Below, one piece after another: positions 51,282-64,000 of a stretch of DNA of 64,000 nt; positions within the stretch are counted from its first letter, which is position 1; every line of letters begins with the position of its first letter. A program made the translations under genes and the position numbers. Origin of the DNA: Eledone cirrhosa (Eukaryota); assembly GCA_964016885.1 (NCBI GenBank), contig OZ024740.1:274102001-274166000 (forward strand), written 5' to 3'. The notes beneath the pieces were generated by a model. The model was not told the DNA's origin and did no database searches. It worked only from the letters and a program-made list of their open reading frames with translations.

Positions 51282-51283
<2 letters not shown>
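50917..51283 (-). mobile_element. Solo Penelope pseudo-LTR with terminal inversion
   Basis: 50917-51218 is the reverse complement of about 15465-15768. 51215-51283 is an inverted copy of its end. The HHR is at 51180-51220. (TA)n flanks. Confidence 0.85.
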
Positions 51284-51380
<97 letters not shown>

Positions 51381-51458
51381 TGTGTGTGTGTGTGTGTGAG
51401 TTCAATCGGGTGTAACCACAGAACGTAAGGTACTTAATACATAGCAGGGTATAAATAA

Positions 51459-51579
51459 TTAATATAGAAATGGCTTCTACAGGACTAGAACTGTTTCATT
51501 CGAATGAAATCACCAGGGAAGCTCATGATGTCCTTCGAATGAAACAGTTCTAGTCCTGTAGAAGCCATTTCTATATTAA
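51459..51579. repeat. Perfect 46-bp inverted repeat carrying a hammerhead-like motif
   Basis: 51459-51504 pairs with 51534-51579. The minus strand reads GCTTC-C-CTGGTGA...GAAA-CAG-TTCTAGTC-CTG-TA-GAAGC. Confidence 0.75.
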
Positions 51580-51594
51580 ATATATATATAATAA

Positions 51595-52560
51595 CTGCAA
51601 CTCGATTTCGAGTAATGCTATCACTTAACACCTAAGCATGGGCAGCAGGGACGTGGCTTTTTAGTCCTGCCAGAGACTTGCACACCTTGCACAGACGCTA
51701 CAAAAATGAAGGCCTATCGCAGTAGGTGGTACAATATTGTTTTGTTGCACTTTCAAATGACGTTTCAGTCTACCAGCTGTGGCACACTCTTTTTCACAAT
51801 CCCCACAAACAGACATGCCATACAATGCACATTTGACAGTGTCCCTCGTGTACATGGCTCACCTTACTTAGGCATAACTGGCCACATTCTTTCCAGTTTA
51901 AGTTGCTTAGACAAACCAAACTCAAAGCCATTACGAGCACACCACTTGAGCTGTTTATGCTCAACACGGTTTATTTAAAATTCTCCCCTCCCATCATGCA
52001 CTACCTTCTTCCAGGAAGGTCAATCTAGAGCGAGGTTCTCCGACTCATTCTCAGATATTTTCATCTTCCTCAGTGTGCTTTTAATGCAATCCCTTCACTC
52101 CAGTTTTGGTTTGTGCGCCGGTCGTTTACCCTCGCCCAACTCATCATACAGGAACTGCCTAGGGATGCGATCATTATCCATTTTCGCTACATGACCACTG
52201 AATCGCAATCGATTTTGAAATATAAGACACTCTATACTTGTAGACCGACTGCGTTCAAGGATTTCAGTGTAACTCACATACATTTTCCAGTGGATGCCAT
52301 GTATACATCGAAGGAACTGTTGGTGAAAGTGCTCCAACCTTTTGAGATGCTTTCGGTAAGAGACCTAATCTCAAATGGATTCAACAAAGAGGACACAACG
52401 CAAGCATTATACACTTTTAACTTTGTCTCAACGGAAAAACCCTGCTGAGACCATAGACGTCCATCCAGATTTCGAAATGTATCACTTGCCTTCTTGATTC
52501 GGTGGGAGATTTCTTCATCAAGAGTATTGATCATAATCACAGTGTTGCCTGGATATACTT
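51595..52560 (-). mobile_element. RTE (BovB-like) LINE 3' portion with C-terminal C2H2 fingers
   Basis: EISHRIKKAS..TKLKVYNACVVSSLL, EHFHQQFLRCI, RLRFSGHVAKMDNDRIPRQFLY and CGDCEKEC..RLKRH. Ends ACTCGAAATCGAG. Confidence 0.88.
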
Positions 52561-53714
52561 ATCCACCACTTTCAATTTCTGTCCATAGCCATATATGTTT
52601 CGTGCAGTTTGGTACAATACATGTGGTACACTCCACACCCTGCACATCACATTTTTCTATGTTACATTCTAACACATCACATGATATACACACCACTTTA
52701 CACATTTCCACTTCACACACTATTTACACCAATCCTCTATATCCATATACATCTGCACGTAAACCTAATTAATAACTCCATACATACTGATAACTTCAAT
52801 CGACACATTTCTACACACAAACTGCTAGTGTCAATTGCATAAACCACTTTGTACATCACTAAACACAGATCCCTTCTCTTCGCCTCTTTTTACACGCTCC
52901 CTTTCATCCTCATTCCCTCTCTCCTCTCTCTCCCGATCAATTCTATATACACCACTCCAATCCCTCTTCACATGTAAGTAACCATTCTCACCCTTCTTTA
53001 CACTCTTCCAACCACACACTTTAAGCATACTTTACTCCTTGTTACATTCACACAGACCACCTTTTAGCTCCATCTTCTCTCCCTCCTCTCGCCTTCTTTC
53101 TTCATCACTCCCATTTCTCATTCCCACTCTTGCTTTCTCCCTATGATTTCCTACCAGCAGCCAGTTTGCCCCTATTACTCCACTTTTTATCTGTTGTTAT
53201 TACCACTGTTTTTGTTTGCCCACTTCCTGTCTTCACAGTCAGACTTTTCCCACAAAAATATAGCCCCTTAAATCACAACTCTCCATCTTGGTATAATTCC
53301 TGCACTTTTTCTTATTAATCTTTTCTTTGCTTGCTCTACTTTTATTAAATTTTAACCCAAAACGTCAGATTCCACCTCTTTATATTCACCGTAAATATTT
53401 CCACAGTACACACAATGTGTGAATATATTTTGCAAGCCACTTGTCTTCTTTTTTCACTTTTTGTTTACTCTGCTGTAAACGATTACCTTTCAGATGTTTG
53501 CACCAACTTCGTTTTAACACACACACCCACACCCACACACACGCACGCACGCATATATGTGTGTGTGTGTGTGTGTGAGTGTGTGTATTTAACTTTTCTC
53601 ATAGTGTTAAACATAAAATGGAAAGACATATACATTAATACATATACTTGTGTGTAAATATGTATATATGTGCATGCGTTTATAGTTGTCTGAGATGGTG
53701 AGTGTGTATGGAAA

Positions 53715-53933
<219 letters not shown>

Positions 53934-54899
53934 ATTTAGAGGCTGAAAGAAAATTCTGTACTGAAAAGAAAAGTCATTTTCTTTTGGCAACCCACTTTAG
54001 CTTAAAGCTATCTATTCTTCAACCATTGTAATAATGAAGATTGCATAATGGTTAGGGAAACACTACAGCAGACAACAACTAAAATGTTATTGATTTATTT
54101 CCAAAAATGTGTCTTCTAGTATTACAAAGCACTATTTTATAAATTCAACTCCATAATAACAACAATGATACAGTCATAATAATAACTATAATACTAATAG
54201 CAATAATAGTAATACTAGTAATATTGATAACAATAATAATATAGTAATGATAGCAACAGTAATGGAAAGGATTACAAAAATACTAACAACAACGATAATA
54301 ATGATAACATAAGTGTAATAATTTTATTCAAAAAAATATTGCCTAATGTGAAATTTTTTTTCCGCTTGTTAAATCCGGTGGTTAAAAGGTAATGTTGTAT
54401 ACTAATGGCTAAAACATTAGTACCTTCACTATTATTATTACCATTATTATTATTATTATTATTTGTAGTAGTAGTAGTATTACTGCTGATGTTACTGTTG
54501 GTTTTGTACTTTTGTCATCATTATTTATTTATTTATTTATCATGTTTATCATTATTATTGTTGCTTTTGTTATTACTGCTGTTATTTGCCGTTGACGTTC
54601 ACGTCTTCGAATGTGATTTTCCTGGATTATCGAATGAAAAACCAAACATTTTTGGTTCGTTTTGCCATTTCCTAGGTTGGAAGAATGGGTTCATCTAAAT
54701 AGCGTTTTATATAGTGTTTGTATTGTTCAGACGGTGTTCAAAATGGGCAATTCAGTGATAACCTGAACAGATGTTAGCCAACATCTTGGTAACTACCAGG
54801 ATAGAGGCGCAAACTTGCAACCTTGTGACGAGCCGGGCTCTCTACCACTGAGCCACCCTGTCCCCTGTCCCCTAAAAAAATGTATTCTACGCTAAAACC

Positions 54900-54980
54900 A
54901 TCCATCCGAAATCCGAAAAATTCCGAAAGCCGAAAAATGTCTGGTCCCAAGGTTTTCAGGTAAGAGATTGTAAACCTGTA
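54900..54980 (+). mobile_element. Tigger/pogo-like DNA transposon end
   Basis: TCCGAAATCCGAA..TCTGGTCCCAAG..TAAGAGATTGTAAACCTG+TA resembles MER2/Tigger termini. Confidence 0.5.
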
Positions 54981-55457
54981 GTAGTTTCAATATTGCATTT
55001 GTAAATAGAATGTTTTTAAACATAAGGAAAGCCCTTAGAAACAGAAAACTTGCCAATAAGACAGCGTCACTAAAACAATTACAGCCCCCCCCCCCCACAC
55101 ACACACCCAGAGAAGTGGTCTTAACATACCTTTAAATGGTAATATATCTTTGTTAAAGGAAGTTGTTCAATAAGAGTCAGCGCCAGATTAAAAAAAGAAT
55201 TGTATGGAAGCGTTACGTCACAGAACATTGTGGACCCTTACCTATGGAATTTACTCAGGAAAACGCACTGAGGAAATTAACGTCCTTATTTTTCAAAAAC
55301 ACTAAAATAATATTTATACACTAAACATTAAAATAACACTAAAATAATATTAATATTTAAACTAAAGTGGGAATGATCCTTGGCAGTTATGTTACTGTAA
55401 TGTATTCTTCCTCGACAGGATCGGATCATATGCAAGTGCGTGTTTATTATTTAAGAC

Positions 55458-55574
55458 TAAGTTCAAATCCCGCCGAGGTTAACTTTGCCTTTCATCCATA
55501 TGGGGTCGATAAAATAAAGTACCAGTAATGTACTGGGTATTTGCTGGCCGCGTGCTAAAAGTAGAAACAATTAT
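55458..55574 (+). mobile_element. 5'-truncated Nin-type SINE
   Basis: B box through to tail, with TSD-like TTATTTAAGACTAAG on both sides. Confidence 0.85.
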
Positions 55575-56217
55575 TTAAGACTAAGAAGGCAGAATCGACT
55601 GGTGTAATACAAATTTGCACACATGATAAATCCGTACTACATGGGTAGCAATGATGAAAAATTCATGATCGGAGACATTTTTTCTTACGCAGACACTTTG
55701 CTCGTAGCCACGTTAGAGACACAGAATGGGCTGGCCATGTGCACAGATGTGACCCGAATTAAAATGTCTTCGTGTGACGTCTACATGAATCTCTAGGTCC
55801 GAATGACCACAGGAGAGTACAAGACTCTCATGGCGTTTTGTCCATAGTTGGGGGTGGAATAATCGTCAGACTGGCGGCGCAAGGCATAAATCCCAGCGGC
55901 TACGCTTGCGATCCGTCTACCAGGAAGAAGAGGGATAGCGGAAAAAAGAGGCCTAGTGGCTGATAGCCACAGGGATGTAGATCATTGATGGTATTTATTT
56001 TCACAGCACCACTGGTTGCAACCTCAAAGATTGCAAACGGATAAACAGCGATAAACAACACGGTCACGTTATCCTAGTTATATATATATAGTTCAAGAAT
56101 AATAAAAGGACAAACAGACATGCAGAAGCAAAAGGTCTTCTTAGATTCAAACTTGGGGAGGGAATGAAGATAAATAAATATGTATACACTTATTTGTGTA
56201 ATTAAATCAATGATTCT

Positions 56218-56455
56218 ATTGCCATGTGGTTAGAATGATGCCAGGAAAGAATCGCTGGATAGATTTTACGGGAAAACCAACCGACAGAAGACCCAGGGGT
56301 ACATCCCGAGTAAGATGGTTGGATAACATCCATTAACTTGGCTGATCTCGCTTGGGGATCCAGTCGGATCATTTAGAGACGGTTGCTTCTGACAAGACCC
56401 GCTGGAAGGAATGTTTGAGGACTCTGCCACCACGGCCCTCCCAGTAATAGGTGGG
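56218..56455 (+). mobile_element. RTE LINE 3' fragment
   Basis: Translates HVVRMMPG..RRPRGTSRVRWLDN. Confidence 0.6.
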
Positions 56456-57892
56456 TGAAGAAGATAAAGAAGATACATCTCAACATATATAACATCTTTT
56501 GCTCCACGCCTTGTCATATATAACTTTATGTGTAAATCTCCACACACTTTTCAAAAACCTCTGTAATGTATTGCTGTATATATGAATGCGTTCTGGAGGC
56601 AAGTTTAAATAAATTATGCTAATAATTGTTGTTGTTGTTATTTGCATTAGCAAATGTTTTCTTGTATTAGTCAATCATAGAAAATATCACTAGTATATGA
56701 CCCTTCAACAACATCAATACAAGAAAAAGATACGCGGGTAGGCTGAACATTTTCAAGACTGAAAAGTTCATTTGCTGACAAAGAGACTCTGATGGAATGA
56801 CCAATTAAGGTTTATTTTTCAGAATATTATTTGGAAAGAAAATATTAATAAGAATATTTGAAATGATTGCATGCAAGATTTGCGAATCCTAACATCATTC
56901 CTTCACAGTCAGCCTATGAACTTCTCAGCCTACCCTTGTATATAAATGGCACCACAATAACCTCAACACACCCATAGTACGCAGCAGCAGTACGAGACTA
57001 CAAAAATAGCAACAGTTAAAATATAACCTACTAATATATAAATGTTTCTACATTTGGGCACAAGGCCAGCAAATATCCCAGTGCATTACTGTAACTTTAT
57101 TTTATCGATAAATGCTCTTGTGTTTTTGTACGTCACGCAAAGGGATTTAACTCCTCTATGCTTCAGTATATAAATATAAATACAAATACATACATGTACA
57201 TAAACATACACATCATACAAAATAATGATTACATACACACACATCTATGTGATGAGTGTGGAAGCTGACACCCTTTAGAAAACAGAGAACAGCGTTCGCT
57301 AAACCTGTGTTACTCATACATATAAATATATACATATTCACACACGCACACACACACACATATACACACACACTCATGCACATGCACACATACTCACACA
57401 CATATACGTGTGCATGTGATAATTATTTTCTCTGAATCTGTTTATGTGTATATTTGTGTAGATGTGTGTGTATGTAATAATTATTTTTAAGTAGAGTTCT
57501 TAGATTGGCTACACTTTTGTGGGTGTGTGAGTGTTTGTGTGTGTGTGTGTATGTGTGTGTGAGAGTGTACGTGTGTGTGTGAGTGTATGTGTGTGTGAGT
57601 GTATGTGTGTGTGAGTGTGTGTGTGAGTATTTCTGCGTGTGAGTGTCTGTGTGAGTGTGTGTGTTTGAGTGTATGTATGTGAGAGTGTATGTGTGTGTGT
57701 GAGTATGTGTGTGTGTGAGTATGTGTGTGTGAGTGTATGTGTGTGTGTGTTATTGAAGGAGCCAAGTCCCAAGCAATATCGAAATAAATTAGAATTATCA
57801 AGAATATAAAACGACCGTAGATGAGAGGTATATACAAATACATATCTACCATTTAGCAGTCATTTTTGATGGCACGGGGCCAGCTAGTAAAT

Positions 57893-58035
57893 AATGGTTT
57901 CTTATATAGGCACAAGGCCAGTAATTTGTGGGGAGGGAAAAGTCGATTAAATCGACCCCAGTGCATGACTGGTACTTTATTTTATCGACCTCGTAAGGTT
58001 GAAAGGCAAAGATAACCGTCCGACCCTCTAGCAAT
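57893..58035 (-). mobile_element. Internally deleted Nin-type SINE
   Basis: Tail and core match. Confidence 0.75.
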
Positions 58036-58566
58036 ATGCTGATGACTTATCCTTAGTAAAATAGACCCAGTAAAATAGAGCCACAATCTATGGCAATCAG
58101 ATTAAAGAATAATAGTTGCGACAGGTGTTGGTTGTTGAATTAACCTCTTTCTATTTTACTGCTTTTACAAAGATGGAAAACTAAAAACAATGTTTTAAAC
58201 ATTAAGTAATAATAGAGATAATTTTTATTTTATTTTTAAATATAATCCTATTATTAAGTATTTGTTTCTTTGTATTGGTTAGCAAATATTGGTACAACTT
58301 GAAGTATCATCTCAATACAAACGGACAACAAAAAGATTCTTCTTCTTCTTCTTCTTCATCTTCTTCTTCTTCTTCTTCTTCTTCTAGCATTGTTTGTTTA
58401 TTTCGACAGTCTTCACATTCTATTGCGTGCATTCTATGCATAATAACCGAGTGCATGTTTGTGTGGAAGTGCAGTTTAGTAAATTGTTTTTTCTTTTGTA
58501 TGTTTACTATTGTGTTCAGAGTACTCTACGAAACAAGAGGGCATTGCGTAGTCGTTCTACTTTCTA

Positions 58567-58931
<365 letters not shown>

Positions 58932-59002
58932 TTGTGCATATATCAGAAACATTTCATATAATTCCCAACATTTATTTTTATGACCATTATTTCTCGCTTT
59001 AG

Positions 59003-59441
59003 AGGGAAGAGGGTCGGACGCCATGCTTTCCAGCATAGTTACGTCCCTTTACGATCTGAGTTCAAATCCCGCCGAGGTTTACTTTGCCTTTTATCCTTAC
59101 GAGGTCGATAAAATAAAGTACCAGTAATGCACTGGGTAATTGCTGGCCTTGTGCCTAAAGTAGAAACAATTATTTCTCGCTTTAATCACTACATTCCGGT
59201 TATCTCTATTTCCAGATTCTTCTATTTTGATTGTTTTTGTGTTTATTTTACAGACATTTGGCAGTATCGGTAGAGGGTCGGACGCCATACTTTGCAGCAA
59301 AGAGTTACGACCCTTGCCATTCTGAGTTCAAATCCCGCCGAGGTTAACTTTGCCTTTCAACCTTACGGGTCGATAAAATAAAGTACCGGTAATGCACTGG
59401 GTAATTGCTGGCCTTGTGCTGCCAAAAGTAGAAACAATTAT
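59003..59441 (+). mobile_element. Two Nin-type SINEs (59003-59174, 59258-59441)
   Basis: Consensus matches. The first has TSD-like ATTATTTCTCGCTTTA. Confidence 0.88.
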
Positions 59442-59654
59442 TATCTGTTAGAATTCATATTTCCAATTAGAGACATTTCTTAAACAGATGAACTCTGAGA
59501 ATAATTTCAGGATAGTATGAAATAGCATTTCCCCAATAATTATTACTTTGTCATTCTCTGAGACATTGTTTTTATATGATTATACCATCTATTTTCCTGG
59601 ATATTTCACACTATCGGCATATTTTCAGTGTATGAAAGCCTTAATTCTGACATG

Positions 59655-59704
<50 letters not shown>

Positions 59705-59724
59705 TCTCTTTATATATATATATG

Positions 59725-59936
59725 TAATTAGAAATTGGAAAGCACCAAATATAACTACTCCATTAGCAGAGGTTTCTGGATTACAAATGATAATAATATA
59801 CGTCTGGATCGGTCGTCAGACAGATGATATAACCTCTCTGTCTGACGATCGATCCAGGCGTATATTATTATCGTCTGTAATCCAGAAACCTTTGGTAATG
59901 GAGTAGTTATATTTTGTGTTGTTCAATTTTTAATTA
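59725..59936. mobile_element. Fold-back element (about 100-bp arms) containing a hammerhead
   Basis: 59725-59824 pairs with 59837-59936. Plus-strand HHR at 59836-59903: CTCTGT-CTGACGA-[CAGGCG/CGTCTG]-GAAA-CC-TTT-GG-TA-ATGGAG. Confidence 0.8.
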
Positions 59937-60044
59937 AATAGCTCTGTTCTATACATAGAGCAGTCTTTTTTTTCTTTGCTTTTCCTTCGGAATTACCTAA
60001 CATTTATATATATATATATATAAATATATCTGTTTACCTTTAAC

Positions 60045-60148
<104 letters not shown>

Positions 60149-60271
60149 CCACACATTTCTCCGTCTCACTCTACTTTTGAAAAGCACAAGAACTGTGAAA
60201 CCAGTACAGAAACCAAATAAATATATTTAAAAAAAAAAGACTACAGTTGCATTTTTGATTTCATCTTTTTT

Positions 60272-60311
<40 letters not shown>

Positions 60312-60318
<7 letters not shown>

Positions 60319-60742
60319 TTGCAAGGTTTTTGATATGAGATCGTGTGTTGAAACAAATATTATATTTGGGGAGGGTCATATTGTTATAATATTGCCATCA
60401 AACGCATGCGCAAACAGAGACAGAGACAAGACTAAATAAATAAATAAAATAAAAATGGCGTATGCGTTATAATACAACGGGAGGAAACATAATAGTACCA
60501 CTGATGATGTCACAGATGTGTTGCGAAAGAACCTTGATAGACTATATATATATATATGTTTATATCTATATTTTTAACCGTTGGTCAATCAATGATAAAT
60601 ATTAAATTAACTATGGTAAATTATCTATGGAGATATAAGATATACAGAAGTGAAAACCAACCCAAATCAAAGAGTGAGTGTGTTCTATTATTATTTCTGG
60701 CAATATTATAACAATATGACCTTCCCCAAATATAACAATATA
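60312..60742 (+). mobile_element. Solo Penelope pseudo-LTR with inverted 5' piece and degenerate HHR
   Basis: Homologous to 15345-15760. CTGATGA..GAAAGAAC at 60501-60532. 60312-60396 is an inverted copy of the pLTR end. Confidence 0.8.
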
Positions 60743-60883
60743 TATACATTAAAATAACAGATTAAAGTTTAAGCAAAGAATCGCTGCTTTGGCCGTTAAC
60801 GGGATATTCACATTTATTATTATTACTAATATATATATACGTATATATATAAACATATTTGAAATATTTTCTCTCGCTCTCTC

Positions 60884-60939
<56 letters not shown>

Positions 60940-61048
60940 GTATATTTGGCAATATACTGTATGTTTAATTAAAAACACTTTGAAGAGCTTGCGCTATCAT
61001 TTTAAAGTAGTGACAATGTCACTTCTTTTTTCAAGAAACAAAGGGAGA

Positions 61049-61094
61049 TAAGCTGACAGATCTGTTTCATACTATTTGTAATCATCCGAGCTTA
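61049..61094 (-). ncRNA. Type I hammerhead with palindromic stem III, CGGATGA core variant
   Basis: TAAGCT-CGGATGA-T-TAC-AAATA-GTA-T-GAAA-CAG-AT-CTG-TC-AGCTTA. Confidence 0.65.
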
Positions 61095-61183
61095 GCACTC
61101 GCCTTTGCCTGTTGAAAATTATAGATGTTGGATTCTTATAGAATTCCAGTAACACTCAGGAAGTGATTATACAGAGCGATTGT

Positions 61184-61971
61184 GTATAAATATATGAAAA
61201 ATGGCGTGCTGCGTGGTTGCACATGGGTTACATATAAATAAAATTAGTCCTTCATCAGTGATCTTCCAACCTGCATTGGTATTTCTTCCTGTTGCATTAC
61301 CATCTAAGTTTGTTTACATGTCTCTCTCGCTTCCCCTAATTTACGTGTCCTAATAACTTTCTTTAGTTATTGCTCGCACCAACCAGAGGTATATGAACTT
61401 TAAAGTAAAGAAATACCAATGAAGTTTGGGAGATCACCGATGAAGGACTAATTTTATTCATATGTAACCACGCAGTACGCCATTTTTCATATATTTATAC
61501 TTTTTCCTCCGCTGCGACCTGACTGTTTCTTTCTTACTGCTTCCCCTTTCTCTGTATCTCTCACCTTCTTTTTACCTCCTTTGCGGTTGCGCTCTCTCTC
61601 TCTCTCGGCTGGCCTCTTCCTCGCCCTTTCACTCACTCACTCTCTGCTTCTCCGGCTCTCTCAATTCCTCCCGTTTGACCTGTGTGAAATCCTTTTCTCG
61701 CTCACATCTCACCCAGGTCGGATGGTCTTTACCTCTCGTCTATGATTTCACCGAACTTAAGTTCATAGATATCACGAACTTGTTTCTCCTCTTCCTCTCT
61801 TTCCGTTGCATTACCATCTATGTTTATTTACATGTCTCGCTAGCTTCACCCTAATTTACGTGTCCCAATAACTTTCTTTAGTTATTGTTCGCACCAACCA
61901 GAGGTATATGATCTTTAATGCGAAGAAATACCAATGAAGGTTGGAAGATCACTGATGAAGGACTAATTTTA
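61184..61971. repeat. Composite inverted plus direct repeat element
   Basis: 61184-61286 is inverted relative to 61409-61500. About 61290-61455 is directly repeated at about 61805-61971. Contains CTGATGA but no GAAA partner was seen. Ends in (TA)n. Confidence 0.75.
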
Positions 61972-62065
61972 TATATATATATATATACACACATACTTAC
62001 ATATATATATATACGTATATATATATATGTATGTATATATATATATATACATATATAATATATTG

Positions 62066-62634
62066 ATGAGCAGAACAAACAAACATTAAACAATCCTTTA
62101 AATAAATTAAAAAATAATTCAAATATCTACCTGTTCATAATGCTATTACCGGCGGTTTCCATCCACAAAGGATTGGAAATTCAGAGAATTTCCAACGGAA
62201 AGTAGATTTCTTCAGATAGCTATTTCCATTCTATAGGACATTTGTCCCACGGTCAGCAAATATAATGCTAACTACCAGCACGTATGGGCTATAGCCGTTA
62301 CAGTGACCCATACGTGACCTGGCCACTAGAGCAAGCGGGAATATTATAAACTTGTTGATGGCTTGGCTGTTAAAAAAATAGCAGTAAGCAACAACGAATT
62401 TTTTCTCTACATAGATCGGAGAATATATAAAAATGAGGTAAATATCTCACTGAGTACTATGTACACACTGAGATATATAGGGTGTCTATAATATAATTGT
62501 TGTTCTATGGTACTAATTCGAGATACCAGAACTATAAATTAATGAGCAGAACAAACAAACATTAAACAATCCTTTAAATAAATTTAAAAATAATTCAAAT
62601 ATCTACCTGTTCATAATAATAATTTCCAACGGAA
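62066..62634 (-). mobile_element. Non-coding hammerhead element, 476-nt monomer with 76-nt terminal redundancy
   Basis: 62066-62141 is repeated at 62542-62617. Homologous to the elements at 47.0 and 50.5 kb. (TA)n on both flanks. Confidence 0.85.
62142..62220 (-). ncRNA. Hammerhead, long-stem-II family, copy 3
   Basis: GCTAT-CTGAAGA-[ATCTAC/GTGGAT; GTTGGAAATTC/GAATTTCCAAT]-GAAA-CCG-C-CGG-TA-ATAGC. Confidence 0.8.
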
Positions 62635-62641
62635 CAACAAT

Positions 62642-62700
<59 letters not shown>

Positions 62701-62717
62701 GTATAATGCTTTATTAA

Positions 62718-64000
62718 ACAGTGCCATTCTAGCAACATAATTTTGATGGGAGACTTTAATCTACCCTGCGTCGATTGGTCTACATGTAGTTTGAAACCAG
62801 GCTCCACAGCCTCAACCACTGACAAAGAAGCTGTCGAGTCACTTCTTGACTTCATGAAAGAGTTTTTCTTGTCCCATCTTGTCCTTGCACCAACGAGTCA
62901 TCAGAAGAACATTCTGGATCTAGTGTTTAGTAACCACACTAACACTATACATAATATTACAGTGGAAAAAACCCTTCTCTCAAACCATGACATGTTTGTT
63001 TGTAACCTGAGATTCCACCAGCCGAAAGCCAATCCCAGGGTCCTCTTTCCAGCCCACCCATTTGATAACATGGATCTCCACAATGTCAACTGGGATGCAA
63101 TTATGAACGAACTGTCACATGTCTACTGGTCTTTTACACACGCACATACTTCCACCAACATCAAAACATCTTGGCAGATCTTTGTAGACACTGTCACAAA
63201 TATATGTACAAAACACACCCCACCAAAACCTTTGAACAAAACCAAGTGCAGTATCCCCCAAAACAGAAAAACAATTGTCAGAAAAATAAAAAGAACAAAC
63301 AAAAAAATTAACACACTAAAATACTGCCAACAGCAACACGCACATTCAATGGCTATCACCATGTTGAGTAAAAAAAATGTAACCTCCAGCAATGCATGTT
63401 GACCATCATCAATAACCAGAGAATAGCTGAAGAGAGGTGGGCCATTGAGAAAATCAAACTGAACCCCAAAGTGTTCTTCTCATTCGTTAAAAAACACAAG
63501 GTCACCGTCTCCACTGTTGGTCCCATAGTTGATGAAAGTGGCACACTCCAGGACAATGCCAAAACCATGGGCGAGATACTGCAGAAACAATACTGCTCTG
63601 TTTTCAGCAACCCAGATATGGCCAATCTGGGCCGTATCAGTGATATTAACCCCCAACACACTATATCAGACATAACGTTTGGCGCCCCTGATGTCTTAGC
63701 GGCAATAAACGATATTAAACACAATTCAGCAGTAGGCCCCGACAGGTTCCCTGCTTGTGTCCTGAAGGTGTGTCGACACCAACTTGCAACTCCTCTTGTT
63801 AATCTGTGGAGGAACTCACTGGACATTGGCTATATTCCTGAAAACTTTCTGGCCAGTCCGTTGTCCCAGTCTTCAAAAAGGGAAATAAGTCCATTGCAGT
63901 GAACTACCGTCCGATCTCACTCACCTCTCATATTATCAACGTATTTGAGAGGGTGGTGAGATCACGAATAGCCCACTTTCTTGAAAGCAACGGCCTGCTG
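62718..64000 (+). mobile_element. CR1-group LINE ORF2 (APE endonuclease to RT start), frameshifted, runs off the window
   Basis: GDFNLPCVDW, NILDLVFSN and SNHD (APE); NPKVFFSFVK, GPDRFP, VPVFKKG..NYRPISLTS. Confidence 0.88.

Overview
AT-rich, microsatellite-dense animal DNA. The tRNA/Nin-type SINEs resemble those of octopus, so a cephalopod origin is inferred. No host protein-coding gene could be supported. The window is a transposon mosaic: two R4/Dong-type RLE LINEs plus fragments, two Penelope-like elements (RT + GIY-YIG) with pseudo-LTRs, RTE, CR1-group and CRE-like LINE remnants, an internally deleted hAT (Buster/SPIN-like) element with an 8-bp TSD, two RTE-derived non-autonomous families, and many SINE copies. 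The main signal that the ORF track does not show is about 20 type-I hammerhead ribozyme (HHR) motifs, found by eye, from roughly ten distinct sequence families. They lie in short non-coding elements bounded by (TA)n tracts and built as tandem monomers (439 and 476 nt) or as fold-back palindromes of up to 866 bp. One family shows compensatory stem changes across three copies. In another, the 5' end of the tandem copy falls on the predicted cleavage site. Together this suggests a diverse, (TA)n-targeted, Penelope-mobilised retrozyme-like system. All folds were paired by hand, and catalytic activity is untested.
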